Below, piece by piece: positions 35,698-38,367 of a DNA stretch of 38,367 nucleotides. Within the stretch, counting starts at the first letter, position 1. Each line of letters starts with the position of its first letter. Below the pieces are notes generated by a model that did no database searches, was not told the DNA's origin, and saw nothing but the letters and a program-made list of their open reading frames with translations. A program made the position numbers and the translations under genes. This DNA is from a virus (Duplodnaviria > Caudoviricetes), in the IMG/VR virus record IMGVR_UViG_3300030376_005298, positions 1 through 38,367 of that record. One strand, given 5' to 3'.

Positions 35698-35905
35698 AAG
35701 CTTAGAGGTATCAGTTGGTAATATCATTTGGATTATTGGTATTATATTTACTATGGGCATAGCCTATAGTCAAATAGGCCAGTTAGATGAAGACATAAAA
35801 GTTCTAGAGCAAAGGCTTGAAAAGAAAATAAAAATAATCAACGAAAACGAAGATCGTATTGTTGAGCTTGAAAAAGAGATAGCAAAACTAAAATCTTGCG
35901 AATGA
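35687..35905 (+). CDS. Small membrane protein (N-terminal TM helix plus coiled coil)
   Basis: IIWIIGIIFTMGIAY followed by heptad repeats. Confidence 0.6.
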   Translation: MISKSLEVSVGNIIWIIGIIFTMGIAYSQIGQLDEDIKVLEQRLEKKIKIINENEDRIVELEKEIAKLKSCE

Positions 35906-36369
35906 AATTACAAGTATTAAGATTTAGCAGCCAGGCAGATTCTACGTCTGGTTTGTTGTTTGAAGTGAATGAGTTGGGCAAGCATTTTTTATGCTATACA
36001 CTAGAAGATGAAGCTAGAGTATTGAAAGTAAAAGGTGAAACAAGAGTTCCAGCCGGTACATACAAAGTTGAACTAAGAAAAGAAGGTGGGTTTCATGCCA
36101 GATATACTAAGAAATATGGTGGTCTTCATATTGGTATGCTTCATATCACTGATGTGCCTGGGTTTGAGTATATTCTCATACATACTGGAAACACTGATGA
36201 ACACACTGCTGGTTGTCTTCTCGTTGGCGACTCCCAAGAAAATAACACTATTATTAAAGACGGTTTTGTTGGAAAGAGTGGTAACGCCTATAAAAGAATT
36301 TATCCACGCATTGCAAAAGCAATAGAAAAAGGCGAAGAGGTAACGATAGAATATATTGATTTTGATTAA
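35902..36369 (+). CDS. Probable endolysin, DUF5675-like (His/Cys motif resembling L,D-transpeptidases)
   Basis: CYTLED...VPAGTY...ILIHTGNTDEHTAGCLLVG; ATGA overlap with the upstream membrane-protein gene. Confidence 0.7.
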   Translation: MKLQVLRFSSQADSTSGLLFEVNELGKHFLCYTLEDEARVLKVKGETRVPAGTYKVELRKEGGFHARYTKKYGGLHIGMLHITDVPGFEYILIHTGNTDEHTAGCLLVGDSQENNTIIKDGFVGKSGNAYKRIYPRIAKAIEKGEEVTIEYIDFD

Positions 36370-38367
36370 TGAAGTTTATAGGTCAATACATACAAAGTTT
36401 TGTAGCTAGATTTCGTAATGATGTTTACTTAGAAGACATTAGTGCGGGCACTATTGCTAGTGGTGGTAACTTAGGCCTAGACTCAAACAATAAAATAGTA
36501 AAAGCGAATGTTCCAGCCGATGGTGATATAACAGGTATATCATTTAGATCTGACGACAATACTTCTACAGGTTTTACGTCAGGCTCTGCTGACTTCGTTT
36601 TAGTTGGTGGTACTGGTATAACTACTTCTGGCGATGGTAGCTCAACATTAACATTAGCTGTAGATTTTGCTGACAACGAAGAAGCAACTTTCGGAGCAGC
36701 TAATGACTTAAGAATTTTTCACAACGGCAGCCATACCTACCTAAGTAATCAAACAGGTGATTTCTATATAAGAAATCAAGCCGATGATAAAGATATTATA
36801 TTTCAAACAGACGACGGTTCGGGTGGTGTTCAAACGTATTTAACTATTGACGGTAGTTTAGAAGCTGTAACAGTTCCTGACACTATATATTTAGCGGCAG
36901 GTTCGGGCTTAGATTTAAGCCTTAGACACGACGGCACAAACTCTCATATTCAAAATAACACGGGTGATTTAACTATTAAAAACACTGCTAACGACAAAGA
37001 CATTATCTTTCAATCAGACGATGGTTCTGGTGGTGTAGAAACATATTTTTATTTAGATGGTAGTGCTAGCGCAGGAAGTCCATTTACTGTGTTTCCTGAT
37101 AGTTCAAATTTAACTATAGGCACTGGTCTTGATTTAAGACTAAAACACGATGGTAGTAACTCTTATATTCAACAAACTGGTATTGGCGATTTATACATAC
37201 AAAATACAGTTAACGATAAAGATATAATTTTTCAGTCTGACGATGGCTCGGGCGGAGTTACAGCTTATCTAACTTTAGATGGTAGTACAACACACTCTTA
37301 TTTTTCAGCAGGAAACGTTGGTATTGGAACGACTAGTCCTTTAGCACCACTACATATAGAAAGTGCAGACGATGCTGTTATAAGATTAACATCTACAGAC
37401 AACAAAGCTTATATTGCTTTATCAGATAATGATACTAATGGTTATATTTCTTCTGAAAACGGCAAGCTGTCTTTAGGTGCGAACGTCGGAGTTAACGCTA
37501 ACAATTTAAACATTGACGTATCTAATAATAACGTCGGTATTGGTACTAGCAGCCCTTCTAATCCTTTGACAGTGGTTGGCGCTGACTCCGTCGGTATTGA
37601 TGATTATATACTACACAATGATGATGGTAATACAAAATTTGGATTTCCTTCTAATGATACTTTTAAAGTAAGAACGGCTGGTAGTGATAGACTTTACATA
37701 AACTCATCAGGCAACGTTGGTATTGGTACTAGTAGTCCTGACTCACTGCTTGAAATATCATCTAGTAGTGCTACAGACTTTTTAAAACTTACTTCAGGCG
37801 GTGGTAGTGCTACTCCAGTCAAACTTATATTTGAAAAATCAGATGCAGAACAAGGTATAATAGAATACAATAGAAACGGTGATTTAGAAATATACAACAC
37901 TGATGGTGACGGTGGTGTAATGATAGACGGGTCTGCCTCTGCAGGAGGCGATTTATATGTAAACAATGCGGGCAACGTTGGTATTGGCACAACAAGTCCA
38001 GGTGCTAAGCTAGAAGTTAATGGCGATATTACAACTACAGATGGTCTAAAAATAACACACCCTAGCGCAAGCATTATGCAGATTTTCCACACTTCTGCTT
38101 CTTCTGGTATAGATATTAGAACTGGTAGCGGATCTATTGTGCAGCATACTAACTCTACTGGAGGATTTAGATTTAAAACTAACCTATCATCAACAGCTCC
38201 AACTTTGGCAAATAGAAGTGATGAGAACACTGGCGTAGGTTGGAGTGGTTCAGACGACTTGTATTTGATAACTGGAGGAGTAAACGCGGTTACTATTGAC
38301 TCAAGTCAAAACGTTGGTATTGGGACTACTAGTCCTGGTGAAAAGTTAGATGTTGATGGTGATATAA
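36369..38367 (+). CDS. Tail fibre / receptor-binding protein, 3'-truncated by the window edge (absent from the ORF track)
   Basis: TAATG-coupled start MKFIGQYIQSFVARFRNDVYLE...; no stop seen to the window end; repeated fibre motifs. Confidence 0.85.
   Translation, partial: MKFIGQYIQSFVARFRNDVYLEDISAGTIASGGNLGLDSNNKIVKANVPADGDITGISFRSDDNTSTGFTSGSADFVLVGGTGITTSGDGSSTLTLAVDFADNEEATFGAANDLRIFHNGSHTYLSNQTGDFYIRNQADDKDIIFQTDDGSGGVQTYLTIDGSLEAVTVPDTIYLAAGSGLDLSLRHDGTNSHIQNNTGDLTIKNTANDKDIIFQSDDGSGGVETYFYLDGSASAGSPFTVFPDSSNLTIGTGLDLRLKHDGSNSYIQQTGIGDLYIQNTVNDKDIIFQSDDGSGGVTAYLTLDGSTTHSYFSAGNVGIGTTSPLAPLHIESADDAVIRLTSTDNKAYIALSDNDTNGYISSENGKLSLGANVGVNANNLNIDVSNNNVGIGTSSPSNPLTVVGADSVGIDDYILHNDDGNTKFGFPSNDTFKVRTAGSDRLYINSSGNVGIGTSSPDSLLEISSSSATDFLKLTSGGGSATPVKLIFEKSDAEQGIIEYNRNGDLEIYNTDGDGGVMIDGSASAGGDLYVNNAGNVGIGTTSPGAKLEVNGDITTTDGLKITHPSASIMQIFHTSASSGIDIRTGSGSIVQHTNSTGGFRFKTNLSSTAPTLANRSDENTGVGWSGSDDLYLITGGVNAVTIDSSQNVGIGTTSPGEKLDVDGDI
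36690..37286 (+). repeat. Three ~70-codon intragenic repeats in the tail fibre
   Basis: Units start at about 36690, 36897 and 37116: GxxxDLxxxHxGxxxxxxxxTGDxxIxNxxxDKDIIFQ(S/T)DDGSGGVxxYxxxDGS. Confidence 0.85.
37311..38336 (+). repeat. Five xNVGIGT(T/S)SP fibre repeats
   Basis: Copies at 37311, 37527, 37710, 37971 and 38307, separated by unrelated spacers. Confidence 0.85.

Larger units (their letters stand above)
1..38367 (+). mobile_element. Tailed bacteriophage genome segment (late/structural module), likely podovirus-type, Bacteroidota host inferred
   Basis: Dense co-oriented genes in the order terminase, portal, scaffold, capsid, tail, ejection, lysis, fibre. No tape-measure or sheath gene is recognisable. 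Starts lack SD motifs and are A/T-rich. Confidence 0.93.

Noticed and set aside
3595-35901. Longest-ORF starts at 3595, 6415, 15087, 35446 and 35896
   Set aside because: Downstream ATGs (3628, 6478, 15111, 35485, 35902) reduce overlaps, avoid the hairpin and have better A/T-rich leaders.
107-38230. All minus-strand ORFs in the track (for example 107-493, 17643-18095, 26188-26445, 37694-38230)
   Set aside because: Each lies antisense to a well-supported + strand gene and has the Ser/Leu/Phe-rich composition expected of antisense shadows.
1-38367. Stop-codon reassignment, introns/inteins, tRNAs, CRISPR arrays, integrase or DGR elements
   Set aside because: Genes are intact and tightly packed under the standard bacterial code. 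No intergenic space or motif for these elements was seen, and the fibre repeats are coding with non-identical units.

Overview
The whole window is one + strand late (morphogenesis) region of a tailed dsDNA phage, probably podovirus-like. A Bacteroidota/Flavobacteria host is inferred from A/T-rich starts without Shine-Dalgarno sites and many TAATG gene overlaps. Gene order: groEL (5'-truncated), groES, three paralogous small proteins, a wHTH protein, four small basic 'MAFK-type' proteins (one with HExxH), a 3TM holin, a tandem-GroES-like protein, probable TerS, TerL, portal, scaffold, major capsid protein, terminator, two probable neck/ring proteins, a 2091-aa nozzle-like protein, a cupin, two probable ejection proteins, a 3011-aa multidomain protein, a lysis cassette and a 3'-truncated repeat-rich tail fibre missing from the ORF track. 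Most notable observations: (1) a candidate -1 frameshift signal (G_GAA_AAG, 5-nt spacer, H-type pseudoknot) at codon 36 of the giant gene; (2) the giant protein is divided into modules (zincin, sigma-region-2-like, unknown, HAD, helical, Zn fingers) by a repeated [EFY]-S-[RK]-S-[EL] linker; (3) a 43-aa basic gene nested in the +1 frame of the scaffold gene; (4) a chaperonin set of GroEL, Cpn10 and a Cpn20-like double-GroES protein. All product calls come from motif reading and gene order; no database search was run.
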